From Raillietiella orientalis (taxonomy: Eukaryota): a stretch of DNA of 64,000 bases. The DNA is taken from the NCBI GenBank assembly GCA_036172245.1, contig JAYWIR010000003.1, forward strand, positions 7,068,001 to 7,132,000. Direction: 5' to 3'. Below the pieces are notes generated by a model. It had not been told where the DNA came from and did no database searches. It saw only the letters and a list, made by a program, of their open reading frames with translations. How positions within the stretch are numbered: the first letter of the stretch is position 1; each line of letters begins with the position of its first letter. The position numbers were made by a program, and so were the translations under genes. Positions 13,479 through 24,209 of this stretch are shown here, piece by piece.

Positions 13479-13798
13479 GCAACCGTGGAGGCCGCAACCA
13501 TGCGAGATGAACGGCTGGCTTCGTACGAGCAACTCCCTCCCCTCATTTGGAAGAATGCGATGAACGTGCAAGAGGTGAAGAGGACGGAGGAGGGTGAGGA
13601 ACAAATGGCGGACTCCAGTTTTCCGAGGGTCATTTGATCCCGGAGAGCGGCGCCAGATTTTACCTGGGGGCACAGATGAAGGAAAAAATGGCAGACGGAT
13701 TGGCAAGGTGCGTATCCATCGAAGAATCCTTCCAGCAGAGAAGACCAAAGCTGCGAAGGATCCTCGGTGCTACAACAGGACTGAGACGCATTATAAGA
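13479..13798 (+). repeat. ~320 bp direct repeat, copy A (partner 16708-17021)
   Basis: Alignment by eye: 6 mismatches in the first 144 bp, roughly 80% identity in the remainder. Confidence 0.95.
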
Positions 13799-13979
13799 AA
13801 GCAAACTCTGCAGTTAAGAATGTATCGAGAGAGGCATCTCTGCGATGGCCGGTCGCAGGAGAATATCTCGAGGGTAGAAGTGGATGAGGAAACGAGAGAA
13901 CCCTACGGCGGCGTGAAAGAAGAGAAGTGGGCAAGGCTGAGGTGTGTTGCTACAGTTGCGTCTATGAATGCTGAGGAGT

Positions 13980-14600
13980 GAAGGATCTGAAAACGTCCTT
14001 GAATCTCATGCAGAGGGAAGGAATAAACTGTGAAATCAAATGCAGTACCTTCCTGTTGAGGAGCCCGGAAGGCGGTAGAGCCCAGGGGTCTGAAATTGGC
14101 ATCACCGGGATGCGAAGCCTGCTCGACGCCAGGCAACGGAAGACACTTTGCATTTGGATGCAAGCGATGTCCGTGCGAAGAATAGAGTGGCGTGAAAGTT
14201 CTCGCGAAAGACAGAGGCCATCCGGATCCCAAGTTCAAGTGCTGGAGCTTGCAATGAAGCGAAACGAGACTCGGAACTTAGGGAGGCGCCTGCGGATTGC
14301 GAACCTTTATGCACGTTTGCCCATTTCATCCGGAGAGAGAAACCGGGAAGAACACGGAGCCAAAACTCCCTGCTGGGACATTTACCTCGCTAATGCACCC
14401 GTATCTAAGATTAGAATCCCGTGGATGGAGACACCCGGGGGATTGCGATAAAGCGTTTCCGCGGAGACGGGAATCCAAGCAGTGCGTTTCTCGGATTAGG
14501 TGGACAAATACTCAGAACGAGATTTGCATCGTGGAAATTCCGAGGGCTCGAAGATGCTCTGGGGAAGAGTTTTCGGAACTTTCTATGGTTGAGACTTCTT
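13980..14600 (+). mobile_element. LINE APE-endonuclease remnant
   Basis: RLRIANLYA (NxYAP-like, ~14290) followed by PGDCD (GDxN-like, ~14440). Confidence 0.5.
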
Positions 14601-14699
14601 CGGCCTTGAGCAGCATTTTACGGTCCCCCGTAACAGCTTTCCGCCATCTTCAGCTCCGCCTGTTCCACCACTTTGTCTCTTTACTTTCGTTTCAGTGGT

Positions 14700-15620
14700 T
14701 GCGGTAAGGGCAGCATCAGCATCCGCTCATCTGTCACCAGAGAATTCGTCTTCGATTTGCACCTGCACAGGGAACGTGCCGAGGTGGAGCGGCTAAAGCA
14801 AGAACAGAGACTCCTGAGGAGGCGGAGGCCAGCGTCATGAGCTGCGCTTCCGCCAGGCGCCCAACGCTTCCGGCAACGAGTCGATCGCCGGCGATCTTTG
14901 GAAGACTCCATGCTGCTCGCTCGAGCTGACCTCTCCTCCCTACCGGAAGCCTACCTCAATCCGGAAGTCAGTCATGTTCTCCTCATCCGTGTCAGTCCGG
15001 GGTCGACTGCTGTCTGCTGACCTGCCGAGCGCTTCGCGACCCTAATGCGCTGCCCCGAGCGCCGAGAAGAAAGCGGCGCACAGCAGCCGACCGGAGCACG
15101 GAGGGAGACCATTCTGTGGGTCCCTCATAAGAACGGGATGGGATATACGCATGTCGCCGCGAACGACGGCGTGCGCCTGCGCGCCATCTGGCCGCAGGGG
15201 AAATCAAGAACGCTTCCAGTTCAGTCTCCGACCGGACCGATCCTCAGTGGCCAACGCCCCTACCGAAGTTACGCATCCGGTTCGCGTTCACCCACTGTGA
15301 AGAAGCTGCTCATCTTGGACACCAGGAGTGAATGGCCTGGCATTTGCATCTCTGGGATGCCTTCCGGACGCCGCAAGAACTGGTGGCATCTTCCACTTGG
15401 TCTTCTGTCCGAGGAAGGGTGCCTCTGATTTCCTGGCTCCCGGTCGTGAGCACACCGCAAGAAAACTCCATAATCTGGAGAAGAGAGGCGGAAGAACGAG
15501 TCCTTGATGAGTGTCGATGTAACCCGTCCTCAGCTCTCCGGTCATCCCGTAGGTGCTGCATCTCCATTCCGAGGAGCGCATGCCTGCTTTCTTGGAACAG
15601 AACGCTCATGGACTGCGGAA
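14700..15620 (+). mobile_element. Degenerate LINE ORF1 remnant
   Basis: ISGMPSGRRK followed by a Cys-rich segment. Same layout as the other ORF1 remnants in the window. Confidence 0.35.
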
Positions 15621-15644
15621 TGCAGGCGGTGTCGCAGGGAGGTC

Positions 15645-16094
15645 TTAGACGCGTTCATCCAGCGGGAGTTCCTTGAGAACGTTTATCTTGAAGGAAAAGG
15701 GATACTCGTGCCTCATGAGAGGGTGGTAGTTGGGGTCGTCGACCGTGCGCACCCACAGAAGGAACTGAGATGGGTTGGCATCTTTCATCTCCAGGTGGTC
15801 CAGAGCCATCCGGATGCACTCTTTGTCTGTGGTCTTCGGGGTCAGAGAGAGCATCTTCAGCGTCACCTGTTCTGGCGGCTGGCCTTCCTGGAAGAGGGGA
15901 GGCAGCGGCTGATCAAACAGCAGTCCCGTCGCTCCGGGTCTAAGCATGATGTCGGCCTTGCTGGAAGAGCAGAGGAAGACATTCATTACGGTAGCCTTCG
16001 TGGACGTCTTGAACTTCTTGGCTTCTTCCTTGTCGGAAGACAGGTAAAAGATGGAGCTCCTGCGGATGGAGTGGCACCTGCAGATGGCCTCGAC
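15645..16094 (-). pseudogene. ARHGAP20-like fragment: RA domain plus linker/RhoGAP start, in reversed order
   Basis: KECIRMALDHLEMKDANPSQFLLWVRTVDDPNYHPLMRHEYPFSFKINVLKE matches the ARHGAP20 RA signature (YQLWV..PYPLIGHEYP..IKM). The upstream block CHSIRR..KKFK..NVF..SSS..GLLFDQPL..PEQV matches the linker and RhoGAP start. Stop at 15645-15647. Confidence 0.8.
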
Positions 16095-16144
16095 CTGAAG
16101 AAGAGACGTGGAGGGCGTGGTACCTTCGTGGGTCAAGTTAGTCA
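16095..16144 (-). other. Spliceosomal intron 3' end (branch point and acceptor)
   Basis: Minus strand TGACTAAC at 16144-16137, then pyrimidine-rich ctcttcttcag ending at 16095 directly before the exon-like block. Confidence 0.7.
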
Positions 16145-16707
16145 CTCATGTGCGTTCTTCGGGGCTGTTAGAGGGCAAGCCCGAGAATTTTATTCCCTAT
16201 GCTGGTGGTGCCTCTCTGCAGTCTGCACGCACTATTCCGGAAAGTTCCCCCCAGGGTGAAGAGCTGTTTCCAAAAACGCCTTGACACCAGTCCTTGGAAA
16301 CGGTTTTCATCCGGTCACTCCCAGGGCGTTCATTCATAGAAAGACGAACAAACCAGTTGGGAAACAAATGGTTCCAAAAACAAAGAACAAAAAAATACAA
16401 AAAAAAAGAAAGTGTGAATATAAGGTCTTTTGGCATTGGACGCTCCTTCTGGATCGGCGCTCTCTAACTTGTATTCTTCCTGCAGTTGTGGTCACCTCTC
16501 ACCCGTCCTCGTGTAGGCGGCTGCTATGAAGGTGACCTCCCTTTGCGAAGTCCGAGACTCCAGCCACGGTGCAGGATCAGACGAGTGCGAGGATGCGACA
16601 GGTGGTTCGCCACTCGGCTGCGTCGGAACATTTCTCCTCAAAAAGGGAACATACGGGAGTCGGAGGGGTAGGACATCTCACAGATTCCGACGGTCCTTGC
16701 TGGGATA

Positions 16708-17021
16708 GCAACCGTGAAGGCCGCAACCAGGCGAGATAAATGGCTGGCTTCGTACGAGCAACTCCCTCCCCTCATTTGGAAGAATGCGATGAACGTGCAA
16801 AAGGTGAAGAGGACGGAGGAGGATGAGGAACAAATGGCGGACTCCAGTTTTACCTGAGGGTGATCCAATCCCAGAGAGTGTCGCCAGACTTCGCCTGGGC
16901 GCACAGATGAATGAACAAACGACAGACGGGTTGGCATTCCATTGAAGAACCCTTCCAGCAGCGAAGATGAAATCTGCAAAGGATCCTCAGTGCTACAGAA
17001 GAACTGAGACGCATGATAAGA
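16708..17021 (+). repeat. ~315 bp direct repeat, copy B (partner 13479-13798)
   Basis: Direct alignment with copy A. Confidence 0.95.
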
Positions 17022-17149
17022 GGGGACAGAGGGAAATGGGAGGAGGGAAAGAGATAAAAACCAACAGCATCGTTTTCGGGTTCAAAAGCCACTAACATGA
17101 GGTCCCCTGCACCCTTCGAAGGATGCTGGCGAGGTTCCCCTTAGGTCCT

Positions 17150-19200
17150 CCCAGATGGAACCATCTAGCAGCCGTTTTCAGGCAAGGGGTGGCTCAAAAG
17201 ATGAACTCGAACCTCCCTGCGGCGGCACCGCCCACACAGCAGAGCTCAGGCGATCGGAGCTGACCTCAGCACGAAGAGGGGGCTCGGCACCTCTCCAGGG
17301 TCGTCCACGGGGATGGGCAGGAGAGACGAGAGAAAACGACTTATTTACAACGACCGGAGGGCAACATGATGTACTGGCACTGCGTTGCGCTCTCGACTGG
17401 CGCGCGCCGTGCTCCAAGAAGCGCCGTAGCGAGTCCTCGGGAGGTGTCATCCCAGGTGCAGACTTCCGCCGAACTTCCCGGAAGACACCTCATCCCAATA
17501 GCAGGTGCAGCGGGGACAATCCACTCGCCCCTCAGTTGCAACAGTTTGGGAACGCAACTCCCTCGGGTAACGAGGTCCCTGCACGCTGAGCCCTCCTCCG
17601 ATGACAGTAAGTCCCCCATCATGTAAAAGAACGAGGGGAATGGGACGGTGGTGGGATGCAACGCTCCCGTGGGATCGCAGCAAAATTTCCGGGAAGAGCT
17701 TCGTTCTTGCTTCCCGCGCGCACTCGCCCGAGAGGGACCCGCGCTCCAGAGAACGCGGGCCGCTCATGCGTCGACGAAAGCGCGTCCAGGGCACGTCCAG
17801 GGAGGTAGGCGAAGGAAGCGAGTAAACGGGCGCGCGACCGAATGCTCTCTCCAGATGAACCGCGGGTGCCGCGTCCGCACTTCGTCTGCTGACTGCTCAG
17901 TGTCCAGGTGGAAACGGCCACCAGCAGAGGGATGGATCGAAGTCAGATACCCGCAGAAGTGCTTCAGGAGCAAGCGGCCGCAGTGGGATCGCTGCGGACA
18001 GGAAGTCCGACTCCGCTTCCAGGAGATAAGACGATGCTTCCTGCAACAGCGGGAGGACGAAGGGAAAAGTCGGAATCTCCCGCCCCGAGGGGCATTGCTG
18101 CCGACGCCAGCGTCCAGAGGAAAGTGCAGCCGGCGCACGAAACCAAACTCCCACGTCCTGCTCAGTGCCCGAGAGGTGGATCGAGTTTCCTGAAATTCCT
18201 CAGGGAAAAAAACTTCGACATTTCGCACTTTTTGAGCAGTTCCTTCCATCCTCTTGTTCACTACGAGCGTGCCGCCATCCTCATGGCGCACTGGAACGCA
18301 CTACTCATCCTCGGGGAAGATTCCTGAGGGATGCACCCGGTGAGAGATAGTGCACGGCACCAGGGATAAAAGTATTGTCTCGAAAGCGCTTCGATTCCCG
18401 GGTGCTGTTCCAGAGAATGTGTTCAAAGTGTTTGCTTCTGCCAAGCTTGTCAGCTGCCCTGTTGGGGGTAGCCTTCAGACAGATGCGAGCAGAGATAATC
18501 GTCAGATCGTCTCACTTCATGCGGTTGTCATTCGCATTTGACCTCCACCCAGTCCACCGCGGCTGCATCTCAGAATATCGATGATAAACCAGACGAAGAT
18601 ATCTACTCTCCACCTCAGAACTCTGGATCAGTGTTCGTTCCCCAGGAAATGGGGAGGATCAGAGCGTTTCCATGGGAACAGCATTGGTGCCTGGATATCA
18701 GTGTGCCGAGGTGCATCAAGAGGACAAACAATATCTCGGGCTGATTCCCGCATTCCTCGACAGAATAAAGGAGACTGTTCATTCGATTTCCTGACTCGAA
18801 AGCAGATTCCCTCAGCGAGAGGACTTGGGAGCGTTTGAGACCCCGAGCTGCTGCATCGGAATCAAGGAAAGATACTGACTGAGCAACGGGAGCGGCACGT
18901 GAGAATTCCTTTTTTCCCAGGAAGCATGCAGGAGGCATCCATTTTTCTCGCCTCGGAGTGGAGGACGGAAATGCAATGGCAGAGGAAGAGGTACCTTTTC
19001 TGGAAAGGCAGGACTCCCTCGTCCAAACCAGTCTGCTTCTGGGATTGGGGAAGCCAGAGGAAAGTGTTTCCTGCGGGATCATTGGATTCCCATCCACTTT
19101 GTAAGTCGGTGGAGATGAAGAGCGAGATGCTGCAGCTCACGGGCTAGTGGAGCTCCGGACACCCGGACTTCGAACTCTCCCTTCCTCTTTTGCTCCACAC
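17150..19200 (+). mobile_element. Internally deleted LINE (ORF1 knuckle, EN, RT, zinc-finger region)
   Basis: In order: IEVRYP..RPQWDRCGQ (~17940-18000), ILMAHWNAL (~18280), KAFD-like tcgaaagcgcttcgat (~18380), NIDD (~18578), KQYLGL (~18728) and a Cys remnant (~19000-19100). Confidence 0.6.
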
Positions 19201-19249
19201 GCTCGACTCCCCTCGCTCCCAGTTAACTACTCTTCTCTAGCTTCTTACC

Positions 19250-21400
19250 GAGGATTCCAGCAGCATTTACCAGAATGATTAGAGAGGGATTTAGCACTCG
19301 AAGTCCTCAAGTCGAAGAAGATGGAGCTACAACCCCAGTCTAGGACAATGTCCAAGAGCCAGCCTGCGCGCTAAATCTTGAGGCTCGTGGGCAGTTGTGA
19401 GGGTATGGCGCCGTTGCCACCTCGCAGCCAAGATCGCATGAACTGCACGGGTTACCGCTGAGGCAGATCTCTAGCCCTGTAGAAAGGAAATCAGTGCATC
19501 TATTACCGCTCCACAACTCCTGGCTGCAGGAAGCAGTGGGCAGCTGGATCCGCATCACGCGGTGCTATGTCCCATCCACAACCTGGGAGCAGCCTTCCAT
19601 AAGGAAGTGGAAAGGAACCGGAGAAAGCGAACACAAGACACTGCCACACTCCTAGCCGCAGCGCCGTCCCTCCTACGAGGGGAAGGGAGACGGTTGCCAG
19701 CCGGCAGGGTGAGTGACCTGGTAGCAGGAGCCACGGAACGGTGGGCCTCTTGAGGTCAGGCCGGTCGGACGATTCCGCGACTCCAGTGCCAAGGAACCGA
19801 TCCGATGGACAGAATATACCTGGATATTCCTTGGACTCTCCCCCTCCACCTAGACATCCCTATCCTCCCCCCCTCGTTCCCCACGTCACCAAGAAGAGGC
19901 TTTGCTGTCCGTGCAGCGGGAGGTCAGCGGACGGCATCCCCAGACGAGGGGCAGCCCCTCCTTGAGTTGCGCTACAGACAGGCAGCCGGACACTCCCAAG
20001 CGCCTGCCGCTGGGATGCCACGACCTTCGGAGCGCGCTCAAACGCCTCGCAGTGGCCCTACTTCGACTCGATGGCACCCCTGAGGAGGTGCTGAGGAGCT
20101 GCTTCACGCGGGGTGGTCTTTCTCCCGCTTCCCCAGTCGCCCGACCCTCGTCCTCCCTACGGGAAAGCTCACGGCGTCCCAGGAGATCGCTCCAGAAGGG
20201 AAGGGGACCCGGGCGCCTCGACCCCGCAGGGATGGGGAACACTGCTTTTGGTGGACGCCGTCTGAATCGCGTGCAGGTTAGCGGAAGAGCTCGGCGGGAT
20301 GACTGGTGATCCCTGCTTCTTCCCCCGTTTAACGCATACCTATATTTGTTAAGCCCTCCTCCCTTACCTCAAAGTCTGCCCTTCCTTGTATCCGGTCTGC
20401 GCCTCGGTGGTTTCCCTTTCCGTGGACCCGCCGGTCCATATGGCCCGTTCGTCTTCCTTTGTCTGGAAGAGAAATGCCCGGAGGCAACCGGGTGAAAATG
20501 GTGAGGATTCTCAGCAGCGTCCGCCATGGAGGTTTCACACCTGAAGCAGATGTTTCATCGGCCGCCGAGAATTCTGGAGCTGATTCTGCTTCAGCTCCTC
20601 TTCAGCTTGGGACAAGCAGTTGTTGGTCCCCACGTGGTTATCGAGCGTCGAATGGTGGAAAGTCGCAAAAGTCGTCCCTCAGCAGTGATCTCAAACACAT
20701 CTCAAGCAAGCTTCAGACCGCATGCTTCTGCTGTCGAGAAAACTTCAGGGGTAGTTGATTTCAAGAAAGGACTGTGATTCCCATCGGGAGAAGCATGCTT
20801 CCTGCTCCTGGATCGCTTTCCGCGTTGGGATCGGTTGTCTTCGTGATCGAAGGAGTTTCCCCATTTGGAGAAAGGGAAATGATGATGATGCACCGAAAAC
20901 CTCTCAGACCACTGCTACTGTGCTTCTAGGTGAAAGTGCCAGAAAGCAAATATTTCGGGATGAGTAGAAGAATGCGGAAGAGGAGGGCCGATGCCTCCAC
21001 GCCCGCATGCTATCTGGAGAGCGGCTGTTGGCAAGGGAGAAAAGAGGAGACTGCGGACTTCTAGGGGCCCAGTTCCCTTTGCGCGGGACTCTGCAAGCAA
21101 TGCGGCTGTCGCAGGAGCACGAGAACCGAAAGTTTTCTCGCGGAAGGACAGGAAAATGAAACACTCGAGAAGCGGTTCAAACAGATGGCAGCGGGAGTGA
21201 CAGCTGCCTCAGGAGAAGCACGTTGGAGGAGGGTTTTGGATCTGCTTCATCCCGTGAGAAAAGGCGTGCAGGCTGGGTCCCGCAAGAGCACCCGAAAAAG
21301 GAACGGGTGACACGGATTTCATCTGAGGAACTGGTGCTGATTGATGGGAGGGGAGAGGGAAGGGGGGGGGAAGAAGCAGCCATTTTTTTGCGGATGGTCA
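19250..21400 (+). mobile_element. Mixed LINE fragments (RT start, ORF1-like, RT)
   Basis: SQASFRP and VDFKKG (Q.GFR and DFxKAF-like) at 20700-20775. ORF1-like segment at 19750-20300. Confidence 0.4.
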
Positions 21401-21409
21401 CGGGAAGGG

Positions 21410-21750
21410 AGCGCTGATGCGACACCGCCTCTAGCAAAATGTTCAATTACGCCTTCACGGAGGAGATAGCAGTGGTTATTTTTGAAAGAATGCAAAGGTC
21501 CTGCCGCAGTCTTGGCACTCAAATGACGCAGCATCCTGCAGGAGATACAGACGGAGTGATCAAAGGCAAGACTCAGGTCCATGTCGAAAGAGTAGCGCGC
21601 ACTGAAAGAAACTGTCCGATGGCAGTGGCGTTTCCGCCCTTGTCATCGAATGTCTACGACGGATGCTCTCTGCGACCCGCAGGTCTGACATCTCCCGTGG
21701 CATCTTACATGATCCGAAAGGGTGTGAGAAACTTGACGTGGTGGGATTGA
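21410..21750 (-). mobile_element. LINE RT fragment
   Basis: MDLSLAFDHSV (lDlSxAFD motif) at ~21582-21550. Confidence 0.55.
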
Positions 21751-21854
21751 AGCTTTTGGGACGACGGGTTGTTTCGAGCGCTCTGGACGAACTCCCCTGG
21801 TCAGAAACATGCGCTCATCTCGCCGGAGATGAATAGCTTTTGGGACCCGCTTCG

Positions 21855-21965
21855 GCAACCGTGTGGCTACGGTTTCTCCGTGCATGGCACCGAGCGTCGC
21901 GGGTTCGAATCCCCTCGCGGAGGATGGACGCGGAAAAATAGGTGCGTCTTCCCCGTGAGTTTCTA
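21855..21965 (+). mobile_element. tRNA-derived SINE head
   Basis: gtggctacgg...gtcgcgggttcgaatccc with tRNA-like spacing and a B box at 21901-21913. No acceptor stem. Confidence 0.55.
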
Positions 21966-22439
21966 GTCCTCCTCCCCTCATGGGATGACATTAATTGGCC
22001 TGTATGCTTCACGTACTGCACGAGCGGAATCCAGACATCCCCGTCTACTGATCAGGATTGAAAGTTGACCCTCCGGGCTCCTTCCTGGAATCAAGGAGCC
22101 GTTTCCCTCCTGTTGTGAAAATGAAGCTCCCTCCCATGGAGATGGTTGCTGCCCCCCTCGGGAGTTGCCTCTCCATCGGGTTTAAAAAATCCCCTCAGAG
22201 AAAGTTGGGGGTATCCCCTCAGGGTTCTCGGAAGAGGAGGAGTCAAAAAAAAGGAGCGGTTCCCTTGTGGGTTCCTTCCGGAGAAGAAATCAGGAGCGGA
22301 TCCCCAGGAGAGAATAAGGAAGAGTTTTCCCTTGGGGTTCTTTTCCGGGTGTAAGAGCAACAGACTCCTTTCTCTGGAGGACTCCTTCTTCCTGAAGTCA
22401 TGGGGGAGCCTCCTTCCGACTCTCACCCCCTAACTTGAA

Positions 22440-23480
22440 GAGTCACAAGCACTTCCCGGTGACATAAGCGGTGCTTCCGGGGCTTCGTGAGCCCCCATCC
22501 ACACCTCTTCAAGGAACTGAGCAGTTATTCAGCACTTCTTGGAAACCAAGGGGAAAAAAAAAAAGCTGTAAGGAAAGCAGTAAAAGCAGAATTCAAATGG
22601 ATTGCCATCGTCACATCGGAAATTTTTGGAACTCTTCCCGGCAATCACTTTAACAGAAGGAAGTTGATTCTTTCCACAGTGCCGTTGGCAAGAGGCTAAC
22701 CAGAGGTTCGTTTCCACGAGATCGGCGGCCGGTTTCGTTTATGCTGTTCAGGGATGGCTCCTTCCCAGGAGGAAGCGGAGGTCCGCGTTCCCGTGACGGA
22801 GGAATCCTTGGAACCTCCTCCCTGCTTCCGCGATGGCGCACGGAAGCTACGAGGAGCTCGCGGAAAGCTTCCCGAAGTGCCGCCATCTTTCCACGGCTCT
22901 TCAGGACGACGGTTCTCACAGAGCCATGCAGTGACGGAGGTCGTGAACGCTCTTTGGCACCCAAAACGTACGCTTCCGGGTTGCCGGGATGAAGTCGCGC
23001 AGTCAGCCCGGAGTGTTTTGCGGCTACCAGAAACTCCAGCAAAGACCACCATAGTTGCTCATGGAGGCTGTCCAGCCTGGAGCCATGGATTTCAACTGAG
23101 ACCTCGTGCATCATTGCTTTGCAGTTGTCCCGCATTTTGATTGAAGATGCGCGAATGGTCCATGGGCTCGTTGGGTTTTGCTGCGGTCTCGTTCAACGGA
23201 GCTCCATTCAGTGGTCTTACTCGCGCTCCCAAAAAGTGTTTCTTCGAAAAGTCTTCCTGCCTCCCACCTTCTATTTGGATAGGGTGCCCTCAGTCCTTTC
23301 GCTGGCACAGATGGCCGAAAGGAGTGCGCGTTCCTTGGGAGAAGTCGAAGCCGAGGCGTGCCTGCTAAGACCTTCGCGCGTGGGTGGGCAGTGCTTTCCT
23401 TCGAAGGACCTCCTGGTCTCCGGCGCGAGACTTCCCCGTGCACTTCAAGCTAAAGACTCTTATGGTCGATAGCGGCGGCG
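22440..23480 (+). mobile_element. Degenerate LINE ORF2 fragment
   Basis: FPRLFRTTVLT (RT start-like), then post-RT KVFLPPTFYL..LLRPSRVGG..P..ARLPRAL. Confidence 0.55.
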
Positions 23481-24209
23481 GAATGCTCAAAGTGACGACA
23501 GATGCCGAGAGTTTCAAGTTCACCTCGATCCCTGCAAACCAGCGGGAGGGGTTGTTAGCTAGAAAGGTTAAGCAACTGCTGTCGTCTGGAGCTGCTGTGA
23601 CTACTTAAGATCTCAGGGAAGGAAAGAGGGAAGAACGGGATGAGGTCAGAGAAACAAAAAAAAAGAATTCGTGTATACCATCTGATGCATTCCTATGGTC
23701 TCTTTGTGTATTCTGAAAACGATTGTTCTGTTAAGGAGAGAACTTTGAAAAGGCGACAGCAGAGCAGCCTCGATGGTATCCGAGAAGAAAGGAGATCGGA
23801 TGTGCTCATGTGAGCAGAGATTTGAAAGATGAAGATGTGTTCGCGGAGAGAGCTTTGAAGGCACTCACCGCATGCATCCACAAAGTTTCCGGGAATGCTT
23901 CCTGACATCTGGTGACCTTGGTCAATTTATTTGACGTGCGCCAACCACCGCTGCATTCCACCTGCGATGTGTTCCACTTTCCATCGCCCTTCTTTTCATC
24001 TTTTTTTTTTTTTTTTTTTCTTACAACACGAGTGACTGCTCATCTCGCTTTTTCTCTTCTGCAGGGTGCAAGTCGGCGACCCTTTTTCAGCATGGCATGT
24101 CTTCAGCAACAAAGCCTTCCCGAGGAAGGTGGGAGAACAGATGCTGAGAAAAATGCTAGGAGGTCAATGATAGGTGAAGATCCTTGGCAACTAAGCGAAA
24201 CGTAACGAT

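Noticed and set aside
15504..16259. 251-aa plus-strand ORF
   Set aside because: Antisense shadow of the ARHGAP20-like fragment.
13479..17021. Direct repeats as the LTR pair of one element
   Set aside because: No TG..CA ends, primer-binding site, polypurine tract or integrase. The interior is LINE and host-gene debris.
21870..21925. Functional tRNA gene
   Set aside because: Only the T-arm/B box is evident, with no acceptor stem or complete cloverleaf.
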